64,000 nucleotides of DNA from an uncultured Alphaproteobacteria bacterium (GCA_902570155.1 CACFXU010000008.1:1088-65087), one strand, 5' to 3'. Shown: positions 53,168 to 62,364, counted from the first letter of the stretch. A program made the numbers and translations. The notes: generated from the sequence alone by a model not told the origin.

Positions 53168-53991
53168 CCAATCTTATTTAAAAATTTATCAAACTCTTCA
53201 TCTTTTATTTCAACAATATTTGATTTGGTTGGAAATTTTTTATTATTTACATCCTTAATAAAACTTTTAAGTCCTTGTATCGTGTCATCTAATAGCTTCT
53301 CATAGGACTTATTTGTATCCTTAAATACTTTTGCGTGACGAGGTACTCTATCAGTATTAGTACCTATAACATCTTGAATAAATAAAAACTCAACATCACA
53401 TCTAGGACCACTTCCCATAGACAATGTTAATAAATTTACTTTTTTTGTAATAATTTCTGCAACTCTATCTGGCACACATTCTACCTCAAGACCAATTGCA
53501 CCTGCTTGATCATATGCCAAAGCATCTTGATAAACTTTGTAGGCAGATATAGCATCTTTTCCTACTGCTTTGAAACCACCAGTCCATGTACTTTTATAAG
53601 GTATTAAGCCTATATGACTGACGGCTGGCAATCCTTCATTTCGAAGAGCTTCTATATATTTTGGACTATTACCGCAATAAACTGCATCGGCCCCATTTTC
53701 TCTTGCAATAAGAGCAGCATCAATTGCTTTTTCTGTAGAAGATAATTGACCAAGACCATAAATCATAAATGTATTTGGCGCTGCGTCTCGAATATCTTTA
53801 ATATGCGCATCCCTAAACCATCTATTTGTTGGCACACCTGTTCTTAATGTATCTTTTTTAAATGAAACAATTTGAATATCTATACCAGCTTGTTCAGCTG
53901 CATATGCTTCTAAAGCATTTGTTACATATAGTTCTGTTAATTTAACTTTTCCTTTTTTATCAAATAAATCTTTAACTGTAAGTTTTGACAT
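53164..53991 (-). CDS. PanB-like (ketopantoate hydroxymethyltransferase fold, ICL/PEP-mutase superfamily) protein of unknown function
   Basis: 275 aa. Alignable by eye to PanB (SHIGLIPYKSTWTGGFKAVGK; LEVECVP; LSMGSGPRCD), but the PanB metal/active-site motifs GDSLG, ADLPF and KIEGG are not recognisable. Confidence 0.68.
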   Translation of the reverse strand: MSKLTVKDLFDKKGKVKLTELYVTNALEAYAAEQAGIDIQIVSFKKDTLRTGVPTNRWFRDAHIKDIRDAAPNTFMIYGLGQLSSTEKAIDAALIARENGADAVYCGNSPKYIEALRNEGLPAVSHIGLIPYKSTWTGGFKAVGKDAISAYKVYQDALAYDQAGAIGLEVECVPDRVAEIITKKVNLLTLSMGSGPRCDVEFLFIQDVIGTNTDRVPRHAKVFKDTNKSYEKLLDDTIQGLKSFIKDVNNKKFPTKSNIVEIKDEEFDKFLNKIG

Positions 53992-55352
53992 TAATGATAT
54001 TTGGGTAAATATTTCCCGTGTGCTTCAATTAACTTATCAACCATTGCATATATTTCATCGATTGATAAATTTGCTCCAGTAAGGGGATCAAGCATTGCAG
54101 CATGATAGATGTGCTCTTTTTTATTTGTTAATGCAGCTTCAGCAGTCAATATTTGAACATTTATATTAGTTCTCATTAAAGCTGCTAAATGCTCTGGTAA
54201 GCGACCAGTTTTTTGTGGTTGATTACCTTTTGAATTAATTAAACAAGGAACTTCGACACAACAATTTGATGGTAAATTATCAATATATCCATCATTCATC
54301 ACATTACCATTAATTGTCACTCCATTGTTGTTTGCTACAGCATCCATTATGTATGATGCATATTCTTTTCCTCTTTTTAGAGGTTGATTATGTATGGGTG
54401 TCATATCTTTTTCCAAGTCATCCCAAAGCTTGATATTATTTTCACATCTATCAATGTATTCTTCTATGGGAATTTTATATTGATCAATTAAATCTTGTCT
54501 GTTCTGTTTTATAAACCAAGGAACATACTCAGCAAAATGTTCGCTAGACTCTGTAACAAAATAACCAAATCGTCTTAAAATTTCGTATCTTACTTTTTCA
54601 TGAAGTACTTTATCTGATTCACTGTCTTTACCTATACTTCTAGTTGATGTTATTTTATCACTGACAATATCATCAGCTAATTTTTTTAATTTTGGATAAA
54701 GATCCTCTCCACCATTGCCATTCTTTTTTGTAAACTTTTTATAGAAAGCCATGTGGTTAATTCCAGCACAGAGATAATCAATATCCTCAATTTTTTCATT
54801 TAAATCTCTCGCAAGCATTTCTGCAGTTCCTTGTACAGAATGACAAAGTCCTATTGATTTAATTCCAGGGCAAGCATTATTTATTGCTATCATGTTTGAA
54901 CACATTGGGTTCACATATTGTAACCATAAAGAATTTGGACAAAGATCCATTATGTCTTTACCAATATCTACTAAAACGGGAATCGTTCTTAGGCCTCTCA
55001 TAATTCCACCAATACCAAGGGTATCAGCTATTGTCTGTTTTAACCCAAATTGATTTGGAATATCAAAATCGATTACTGTTGATGGTTTATAACCACCTAC
55101 CTGTATAGTTGACTGAACAAAATCAGAACCTGCTAAAGCTTCTTTTCTATTAGTGTATGATTTTATATTTGGGGATGCATTTAACTTTTTTGCAATTACA
55201 TTTAATAATTCATGAGAAATTTTTAATCTTTTTTCATCAATATCTACCAGTGCAATATCCATTTTTTTAAAATCATCAATGAACATTAAATCAGTAAAAA
55301 TATTTTTGGTAAATACTGCGCTACCAGCACCAATGATTGTGAGTTTAGTCAA
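53991..55352 (-). CDS. Glycoside hydrolase family 4 (NAD+/Mn2+-dependent) paralog 1
   Basis: 453 aa with an N-terminal Rossmann segment KLTIIGAGSAVF, YVNPM, the Mn-ligand context IGLCHSVQG, and AGINHMAFY. Confidence 0.85.
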   Translation of the reverse strand: MTKLTIIGAGSAVFTKNIFTDLMFIDDFKKMDIALVDIDEKRLKISHELLNVIAKKLNASPNIKSYTNRKEALAGSDFVQSTIQVGGYKPSTVIDFDIPNQFGLKQTIADTLGIGGIMRGLRTIPVLVDIGKDIMDLCPNSLWLQYVNPMCSNMIAINNACPGIKSIGLCHSVQGTAEMLARDLNEKIEDIDYLCAGINHMAFYKKFTKKNGNGGEDLYPKLKKLADDIVSDKITSTRSIGKDSESDKVLHEKVRYEILRRFGYFVTESSEHFAEYVPWFIKQNRQDLIDQYKIPIEEYIDRCENNIKLWDDLEKDMTPIHNQPLKRGKEYASYIMDAVANNNGVTINGNVMNDGYIDNLPSNCCVEVPCLINSKGNQPQKTGRLPEHLAALMRTNINVQILTAEAALTNKKEHIYHAAMLDPLTGANLSIDEIYAMVDKLIEAHGKYLPKYH

Positions 55353-56085
55353 TTTTATACTCCATAATTGAATTATGATTTGCTACTTTTAACTGGTTAT
55401 AAGAAGCATGTCCAATTTCTTTATAAGGATTATTGGATTTAGTATTAAAGCACACTATTAATGTTCTTCTAGAATTTTGTGATTTATTTGCATCAGAAGA
55501 GTGCAATAGATTTGCATGAAAGAATAATGCATCTCCTGGTTCTGCTTCAATATAAACAGACTCATGTCTTTTTTCTAATTCTCTTATTCTTTCATTATCA
55601 GCTGTTTGTTCAGGTGTGTCTGATCGTTCATGGCTAATTCTTCCAACACGATGAGAACCCTTTAATACTTTAAGGCAACCATTTTCTTTATTTGCTTTAT
55701 CTAACATTATAAAACATGATGCCATATCTGGATAAAGACAAGCATTGTGATACCAATAACCATAATCTTGATGCCAATCAAATCCACCATCGCCTGGATT
55801 TTTCCAAATAATTTTAGAATGATAATGATAAACTTCATCATTTAAGAATATTTCCATTGGTTTGACTATTCTTTCATTAGTAGAAAATTTTCCAAATAAA
55901 TCTTCTGAAGGATGATTCCACATTGTCATTGTTAATTTTCCAGTTGAAGTATTAGTCTCTCTTGCACTTTCTTCTTTATCTTTTCTAATGGCTATATATT
56001 GATTTAATTTATTGATTTCTTCATTAGAAAAGAGTTTTTTCTTTAGGACAAAGCCATTTGAGATGAATTCCTTTATGTCACTCAT
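55345..56085 (-). CDS. PhyH-family Fe(II)/2-oxoglutarate dioxygenase
   Basis: FDWHQDYGYW (HxD), a distal His in FFHANLLHSS, and Arg in SRRTLIV. I prefer the ATG at 56085 (MSDIKEF...) over the TTG at 56127 used in the ORF track. Confidence 0.8.
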   Translation of the reverse strand: MSDIKEFISNGFVLKKKLFSNEEINKLNQYIAIRKDKEESARETNTSTGKLTMTMWNHPSEDLFGKFSTNERIVKPMEIFLNDEVYHYHSKIIWKNPGDGGFDWHQDYGYWYHNACLYPDMASCFIMLDKANKENGCLKVLKGSHRVGRISHERSDTPEQTADNERIRELEKRHESVYIEAEPGDALFFHANLLHSSDANKSQNSRRTLIVCFNTKSNNPYKEIGHASYNQLKVANHNSIMEYKID

Positions 56086-56157
56086 ATAAATAAACTTTAA
56101 TTTCTTTGATAAATTAAATATTGTCAATAAATATTAGGGAGTATAGGATATATAAGT

Positions 56158-57642
56158 ATGAAAGTTAGTTTTATTGGAGCTGGAAGTATAGGATTTACTC
56201 AAACATTAGTAAGAGATCTGCTAAAGGTTCCTGAATTTCATGATACAAATTTTTTTTTTCACGATATTTCTGAAAAAAATTTAGATTTTGTTTCAAAACT
56301 TATCCAAAAAGATATTGATGCTAATAATCTTCCTGCAACTATTGAACAATCAACCGATAGAAAAAAAGCATTAGAGGGAGCAAAATATATAATTAATTGT
56401 ACACGCATTGGAGGACTAGAAGCATTTGAGCATGATATTAATATTCCTCTTCAATATGGTGTAGATCAGTGTGTAGGGGACACCATTTGCGCTGGAGGAA
56501 TTCTATATGGTCAAAGAAATATTCCCCAAACCTTAAATTTTTGTAAAGATATAAAATCTTATTCGGATACAAATGCTTTGTTTTTGAATTATTCAAATCC
56601 AATGGCCATGAACACTTGGGCAGCAATATCAGAAGCAAAAGTAAATACAGTTGGACTATGTCACGGTGTTCAAGGTGGCGCAAAACTAATCTCTAAAGCA
56701 TTGGGATCTGAAAACTCAAAAGATCTTGAATATATGTGTAGCGGAATTAATCATATGACCTGGTACATAGATCTGAAATTCAAAGGAAAAAAAGTATCAA
56801 AAGAAGAACTTATAGATGCATTGGAAAGACATCCAGAAATTTCTAAACAAGAAAAAGTAAGAATTGATATTCTAAAAAGATTTGGTTTATTTTCTACTGA
56901 AAGTAATGGCCATTTAAGTGAGTATCTTCCATGGTATAGAAAAAGAGTTGAGGATATTCCTAAATGGATAGATTTGTCCAATTGGATACATGGCGAAACG
57001 GGAGGATATTTAAGAGTTACATCAGAGAAAAGAAATTGGTTTGAAGAAGACTTTGAAAAATTTTTGAGTGAGTCGGGTATCGATTTAAATAATCATAAAA
57101 GATCTTCTGAGCATGGTAGTTATATAATTGAGTCAATTGAAACAAATAGACCTTATCGTGGTCATTTTAATGTAGTTAATAATGGTACTATAACAAATTT
57201 ACCAGATGACTGTGTTATTGAAAGTACTGGAACAGTTGATAAAGATGGAATTAAAATGATTAAAGGTGTTGAGCTTCCAATGGCCTGTGCATCACTTTGT
57301 AGAACATCGATAGATGTTCAGAGAATGGCAGTCAAAGCTGCAATAGACGGAGATCTAAATTTATTAAAATTAGCAGTTTTGCAAGATCCATTAGTTAGTG
57401 CAGTTTGTGCACCTGATGAAGTTTGGTCTATGGTAGATGAAATGATTGTAGCTCAATCTAAATGGCTTCCTCAATATCAAAACGAAATTGAACCAGCTCT
57501 AGAGAGAATTAAAAATTCTAATGTAAAAAAGAAAAATTTTAAAGGTGCTGCAAGAATGAAAACTAGATCTCCTGAAGAACTAAAAAATGATGAAGCATCT
57601 TCTTTACTTGTGGAAGCACAAGCATTCGAATTTGATGCTTAA
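56158..57642 (+). CDS. Glycoside hydrolase family 4 (NAD+/Mn2+-dependent) paralog 2, with C-terminal extension
   Basis: 494 aa with KVSFIGAGSIGF, NYSNPMAM, VGLCHGVQG and SGINHMTWY. An extra charged tail of about 50 aa follows the GH4 C-domain. AGGA lies 9 nt upstream of the ATG. Confidence 0.85.
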   Translation: MKVSFIGAGSIGFTQTLVRDLLKVPEFHDTNFFFHDISEKNLDFVSKLIQKDIDANNLPATIEQSTDRKKALEGAKYIINCTRIGGLEAFEHDINIPLQYGVDQCVGDTICAGGILYGQRNIPQTLNFCKDIKSYSDTNALFLNYSNPMAMNTWAAISEAKVNTVGLCHGVQGGAKLISKALGSENSKDLEYMCSGINHMTWYIDLKFKGKKVSKEELIDALERHPEISKQEKVRIDILKRFGLFSTESNGHLSEYLPWYRKRVEDIPKWIDLSNWIHGETGGYLRVTSEKRNWFEEDFEKFLSESGIDLNNHKRSSEHGSYIIESIETNRPYRGHFNVVNNGTITNLPDDCVIESTGTVDKDGIKMIKGVELPMACASLCRTSIDVQRMAVKAAIDGDLNLLKLAVLQDPLVSAVCAPDEVWSMVDEMIVAQSKWLPQYQNEIEPALERIKNSNVKKKNFKGAARMKTRSPEELKNDEASSLLVEAQAFEFDA

Positions 57643-57645
57643 GCA

Positions 57646-59175
57646 ATGAAAGAAATAAAAAATGTCGTAATTTTAGGTGGAGGCACTGCAGGATGGCTAG
57701 CTGCATATATATTAAGTGACTTTTTTTATTCTAACAAACTTAATACAAATGTTAAAATAATAGAGTCTTCTAAAATACCAACAATTGGTGTTGGAGAGGG
57801 GACTACCAGCATATTTTATGAATTTTTAAAAAAATATAATTTAGATGAATCTGATTTTTTGAAAGAAACAAAAGCTACATTAAAATTTGGAATAGTACAT
57901 AAAGACTGGAAAGAATTAGGGTATACGTATTATGGACCTATAGATGACCCTCAATTAATTGCTCCAAAAAATAAACCAGAAAATTTCGAGTATTTAAAAG
58001 CATATGCTGTCGCTGCTGGAAGACCGGTTTCTGAAATTCATTTGCATACAATGCTTATGCAAAATAAAAAAGTACCTTATACTTTTAAAAATAATAATTT
58101 AGAACTAATAAGTCCATTTTATTATGCATATCATTTTGATAATTCTCAAGTTGCAAGCTATTTAAATAAAAGATCTAAAAATATTGAGATTATTGATGAT
58201 ATTTATACATCATCAACACAAAATGTAGATGGATCAATTAAATCTCTATGTTTTGAAAGTGGTTTAGAATTGGATGTTGATTTAGTTATTGATTGTAGTG
58301 GTTTTAAAAAATTGATTATTGGAGATGTATTCAAAACCAAATGGATCTCTTATCAAGATAATCTTCCTGTAAATAGAGCGATGCCATTTTTTTTAGACAT
58401 AAAAGAAGAAAACTACATTAATTATACTTTAGCTTGGGCCCAAAAGTATGGATGGATGTGGCAAATTCCTACACAAGAAAGAATTGGTGCTGGTTATGTT
58501 TATTGTGATCAATTTATCTCACCTGATCAAGCACAAGAAGAAATAGAAAAAGTTCTTGGTCACAAAATTGAACCAAGACGAGACATTAAGTTTAACAGTG
58601 GTAGGTTAGAAAAATATTGGGTTAAAAATTGTTTAGCTATCGGTTTATCATCTGGGTTCCTCGAACCCTTAGAAGCTACTTCTATTCATAGTACTTTGAT
58701 TCAAATTATTTTATTTGCAACTGAATATCTTAAGAAAGAAATGGACTTTAATAATGAAGAATTAATATCTAATTTTAACAATCGAATTGGACGACAATTT
58801 GATGATTTTAAAACTTTTTTAAATATGCACTATGTTTCCAAAAGAAGAGATTCAAAATTTTGGCAATACGTTGCAGATGAATGTATAAGCGAAGAAACAA
58901 AAAAATTTATTTCTTTATGGCAAGATGAACTTCCAAGTCTTGATCATTTTGATGATTATCTCTCTGGCCTTCCTCATGTACAATCACAGTTATACTACCC
59001 AGTCGTTGATGGTCTTGGTCTATTAAGTAAGGAATCCGCAAGAGAACAAATGAGCAAATATGACTTACGCTCAACATCAAGAAAATATTACAATGATTTT
59101 TCTGAGAAATTTAACGAAATAATCAAGGATTCTCTTACTCACAGTCAATATATTAATCTTTCAGTGAATTCTTAG
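57646..59175 (+). CDS. Flavin-dependent halogenase homolog (tryptophan-halogenase family)
   Basis: 509 aa with GGGTAGW (GxGxxG), IGVGEGT, TKATLKF (aligns to the PrnA catalytic-Lys segment), WMWQIP (WxWxIP) and FLEPLEATSI (catalytic-Glu segment). Confidence 0.8.
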   Translation: MKEIKNVVILGGGTAGWLAAYILSDFFYSNKLNTNVKIIESSKIPTIGVGEGTTSIFYEFLKKYNLDESDFLKETKATLKFGIVHKDWKELGYTYYGPIDDPQLIAPKNKPENFEYLKAYAVAAGRPVSEIHLHTMLMQNKKVPYTFKNNNLELISPFYYAYHFDNSQVASYLNKRSKNIEIIDDIYTSSTQNVDGSIKSLCFESGLELDVDLVIDCSGFKKLIIGDVFKTKWISYQDNLPVNRAMPFFLDIKEENYINYTLAWAQKYGWMWQIPTQERIGAGYVYCDQFISPDQAQEEIEKVLGHKIEPRRDIKFNSGRLEKYWVKNCLAIGLSSGFLEPLEATSIHSTLIQIILFATEYLKKEMDFNNEELISNFNNRIGRQFDDFKTFLNMHYVSKRRDSKFWQYVADECISEETKKFISLWQDELPSLDHFDDYLSGLPHVQSQLYYPVVDGLGLLSKESAREQMSKYDLRSTSRKYYNDFSEKFNEIIKDSLTHSQYINLSVNS

Positions 59176-59262
59176 ATTAACTGAATAACATTTATAATTG
59201 TTATTGATTTTGAATTAAAAAAACATTTTAATTTAGTTAAAATTATTCAATGGGAGGATAAG

Positions 59263-61290
59263 ATGGGTATTGAAACCAAATTTACTTTCAAGAGTAAGGC
59301 AGCAAGTTTACTTGTAGGTGTCAGCATGGTTGCTATGACTTCTGGTGCTAGTGCTCTTGAAACTCTACCACCTGATAAAAGTATGTCAGGTATAGAAGTT
59401 GAGTTAGTTGGAAGAGATGATTTATACTCTTACAAAAGTTGTGATAGTTATAATGAAGCTCCTTTAACTGCAGCTTATGTTGAAGCTGGAAAGCTACCAC
59501 CAGTAGCTGAGAGACTTCCAAAAACACCAATGATGATGTCAAAAGCTCAAATGGTTGATGGAATTGGTGATTATGGCGGAACATTTCGTCATGTTATTGG
59601 AGGAAGACCTGAAGGTTGGAACTGGATGGCTGGACAACATCAAGGTTGGGGTGGCATTAGCATGCAGTTAATGCAATCATTAACAAGACTAGGTCCACTA
59701 TGGCAAGTTAAACCTGAAGAAGCTTTACCTCTTCCAAACCTAGCAACTGACTGGGAGTTTAATAGCGATCGCACTACTTTAACTATGAATTTAGTTGAAG
59801 GTGTAAAATGGTCTGATGGAGATCCATTTGATACTGAAGATATTGATTTTTGGTGGAACGATAATGTTCAAAATGCAAATGTAAACTCGAGGCTTCCAAA
59901 GGATGCTCTTGGTGCAGGAACGACAGTTGATATTTTAGGACCATATTCGTTTAGGTTTAATTTTGATTCTCCAAAAGGTAATGCTGTTCTATCACAGCTT
60001 GCGCATATGGGAGGTGCTCCAGGGCCTTCTCACATTTTAAAACCACATCACCCAGATTATAATAGTGATGCAACTTACGATACATATACAATGGCTTTAC
60101 CACCTGATGAGGTGCCTATAGCAACACTTGGAGCTTATGTTCCAGTTGCTCATAAAATTGACGAACTGGTGGTGATGAAAAGAAATCCTTATTACTGGAA
60201 AGTTGATGAAGAATGTAATCAACTTCCATATTACCATGAAACGATTTATAAATTAACCACATGGGATGATAGAACTACGCAAGCTCTAGCAGGAACTGGT
60301 GATTATTCTAATATGGAAAATCCTGGTAACTACGTTGAAGCCTTAAAGCAAAATAAAGATCCTAACTCGCCTGTTAGATCAGTCTTTGGTTCTAGATCTT
60401 TGACATGGAAATTATATGTAAATCTTTCCTCTGAATTTGGAGCTCAAGATGATTATGATAGAGAGTTAAGAAAACTTTTCAGAAACTTGGAGTTTAGAAA
60501 AGCACTTTCTCATGCAATGGATAGAGACACTATGGGTCAATCTGTTGCGAGAGGTCCTTTCTTCCATCCTCATGCTGGAGGATTTTCTGCAGGATCTCCT
60601 TTTCATCGCTTTGAGGATTCTATTTATTATGGATACAATGTTGATGGTGCCAATTCAATCTTAGATGGTTTAGGTCTTATTGATAGTGATGGAAACGGTA
60701 TTAGAAATTTTCCTAATGGAGGAGAAGATATAGCGTTGGACATCCTTTTCAGTAATGAAAGATCAACTGATATTAAAATTGGGGATAGTATAGTTCCAAT
60801 GTTTGAAGCGGTAGGATTAAAACCTATATTAAAACCTTCAAACGATACGGCAGCAATTACTGATGCGGGAAATTGGAATTTATATATTAATAGACACAAT
60901 TGGCTTGTTGTAACGAAAAACATGGCTGATGAGTTACCAATAACTCCTGAAAATCCTGTTCAACATAAAAGTAATGAAGGTGATTTACTTCCATTTGAAA
61001 AAACTTTAGCTAATTTAGGTAACGACATTCTTGCTACTAATGATTTGAAAGTTGTTGCAGAAAAAGCTTACGAAATTCAAAAGGTAAGTACTGAAAATGT
61101 ATATTCAATAGGTTTAATACAAACACCTGCTGCACTTTTAATTAACAAAAGGATAAAGAATAATCATCCAGGCACTCCAGTATATATGTACGAATGGGGT
61201 GAAGATGCAATTTTTAGGGAAAGACTTTATACCCCTAAAGCTGATCAAATAGATGAGTTCTTACCTGGTGTTTTGGCTGAATATAAATAA
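59263..61290 (+). CDS. ABC transporter substrate-binding protein, family 5 (peptide/opine/alpha-galactoside type), 675 aa
   Basis: Signal peptide with an ASA-L cleavage-like site (LLVGVSMVAMTSGASALE) and a family-5 core (VKWSDGDPFDTEDIDFWW). Strong SD GGGAGGA at 59252-59258. Confidence 0.85.
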   Translation: MGIETKFTFKSKAASLLVGVSMVAMTSGASALETLPPDKSMSGIEVELVGRDDLYSYKSCDSYNEAPLTAAYVEAGKLPPVAERLPKTPMMMSKAQMVDGIGDYGGTFRHVIGGRPEGWNWMAGQHQGWGGISMQLMQSLTRLGPLWQVKPEEALPLPNLATDWEFNSDRTTLTMNLVEGVKWSDGDPFDTEDIDFWWNDNVQNANVNSRLPKDALGAGTTVDILGPYSFRFNFDSPKGNAVLSQLAHMGGAPGPSHILKPHHPDYNSDATYDTYTMALPPDEVPIATLGAYVPVAHKIDELVVMKRNPYYWKVDEECNQLPYYHETIYKLTTWDDRTTQALAGTGDYSNMENPGNYVEALKQNKDPNSPVRSVFGSRSLTWKLYVNLSSEFGAQDDYDRELRKLFRNLEFRKALSHAMDRDTMGQSVARGPFFHPHAGGFSAGSPFHRFEDSIYYGYNVDGANSILDGLGLIDSDGNGIRNFPNGGEDIALDILFSNERSTDIKIGDSIVPMFEAVGLKPILKPSNDTAAITDAGNWNLYINRHNWLVVTKNMADELPITPENPVQHKSNEGDLLPFEKTLANLGNDILATNDLKVVAEKAYEIQKVSTENVYSIGLIQTPAALLINKRIKNNHPGTPVYMYEWGEDAIFRERLYTPKADQIDEFLPGVLAEYK

Positions 61291-61302
61291 ATAAATCAAT
61301 AC

Positions 61303-61332
61303 AATGGCCCATTTTTCAATGGGCCATTTTTA
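61303..61332 (+). terminator. Intrinsic terminator/attenuator hairpin between the SBP and permease genes
   Basis: AATGGCCCAT (61303-61312) pairs with ATGGGCCATT (61319-61328) around loop TTTTCA, followed by a T-run to 61331. It is the only GC-rich hairpin I found in an intergenic gap. Confidence 0.7.
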
Positions 61333-61338
61333 CAATTT

Positions 61339-62364
61339 ATGGCTTTTTTATTTTTTTTATTAAAACGAATTATTGCAACTATTCCTCTATTAATTGCTAT
61401 AACTCTTGTTGCTTTTCTTCTTGTTCAGGCAATGCCCGGTGATTATGCAACTCAATGGAAAGCTCAAACAATGTCAATGGGAGGTGTCAGTGAAGAGGAT
61501 GCTGAGGCTCAAGCTGAAGCTTTAAGAGTTAGATTAGGTTTAGATAAACCACTTTACATTCAATATTTTAATTGGGTAAAAAATATCACTCTTTATTGGG
61601 ATTTAGGAGAATCATTTATTCAACAGAGATCAGTTAATGAAGCAATAGGAGATAGAGTTCCACGAACATTATTATTAGCTTTTATATGTTACTTTAATGC
61701 CGTAACTATTGGAATATTAGCTGGCGTCTATGCTGCTACACATCAATATCAACTAGGCGATCAACTTGCTACAGTCTTTACATTTTTAGCTTTTTCAATT
61801 CCTAAGTTTATTGTAGCGTTAGTTATATTATACTTCTGGGCTATTAAATTTCATTCACCATATTATGGCTCAATATTTTCACAAGAATATGTTTTACAAG
61901 AGGGATGGTGGAGTCTTGCAAAAACATGGGATTTCTTGCTCCATACCTGGCCAATTATTGCAGTTGGAAGTTTTGTAGGAGCAGGATATCAAATGAGAAT
62001 GATGCGAGGTAATTTATTAGATGTTTTAAAAATGCAATTTATAGAAACCGCAAGGGCTAAAGGGTTAAAGGAAAGTAAGATTATATGGAAACATGGTGTT
62101 CCAAACGCTTTACATCCAATAATCATGAATCAAGGTAGAAGCGTTGGCTATTTAATTGAAGGAGAGATTGAAGTAGCAATTGTATTAGCAATACCAACTA
62201 TTGGACCATTGATTTTATCATCCGTTACCACAATGGATATATATGTTGCATCTTCAATATTTTTGATTTTGTCTCTCGTATTAGTAATTGGTAATTTTAT
62301 TGCAGATATAATATTGGCATTACTTGATCCTCGTATTAGAGATATGTCCGGAGGTGAGGCTTAA
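61339..62364 (+). CDS. ABC transporter permease (DppB/OppB type)
   Basis: 341 aa, about 6 TM, with the EAA-loop region FIETARAKGLKESKIIWKHGVPNALHP. Confidence 0.9.
   Translation: MAFLFFLLKRIIATIPLLIAITLVAFLLVQAMPGDYATQWKAQTMSMGGVSEEDAEAQAEALRVRLGLDKPLYIQYFNWVKNITLYWDLGESFIQQRSVNEAIGDRVPRTLLLAFICYFNAVTIGILAGVYAATHQYQLGDQLATVFTFLAFSIPKFIVALVILYFWAIKFHSPYYGSIFSQEYVLQEGWWSLAKTWDFLLHTWPIIAVGSFVGAGYQMRMMRGNLLDVLKMQFIETARAKGLKESKIIWKHGVPNALHPIIMNQGRSVGYLIEGEIEVAIVLAIPTIGPLILSSVTTMDIYVASSIFLILSLVLVIGNFIADIILALLDPRIRDMSGGEA

Noticed and set aside
56104-56126. Imperfect palindrome TTGATAAATTAAATATTGTCAA in the divergent GH4/PhyH control region as an operator.
   Set aside because: Only 7 of 11 positions pair, and in DNA this AT-rich such matches are expected by chance. 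No regulator gene is visible in the locus. It is worth re-examining only if conserved in orthologous loci.
56086-56127. TTG-initiated 14-codon extension of the PhyH dioxygenase ORF.
   Set aside because: An in-frame ATG at 56085 gives a typical family N-terminus. Using the TTG start would shrink the divergent control region to 30 bp. This remains uncertain without N-terminal data.
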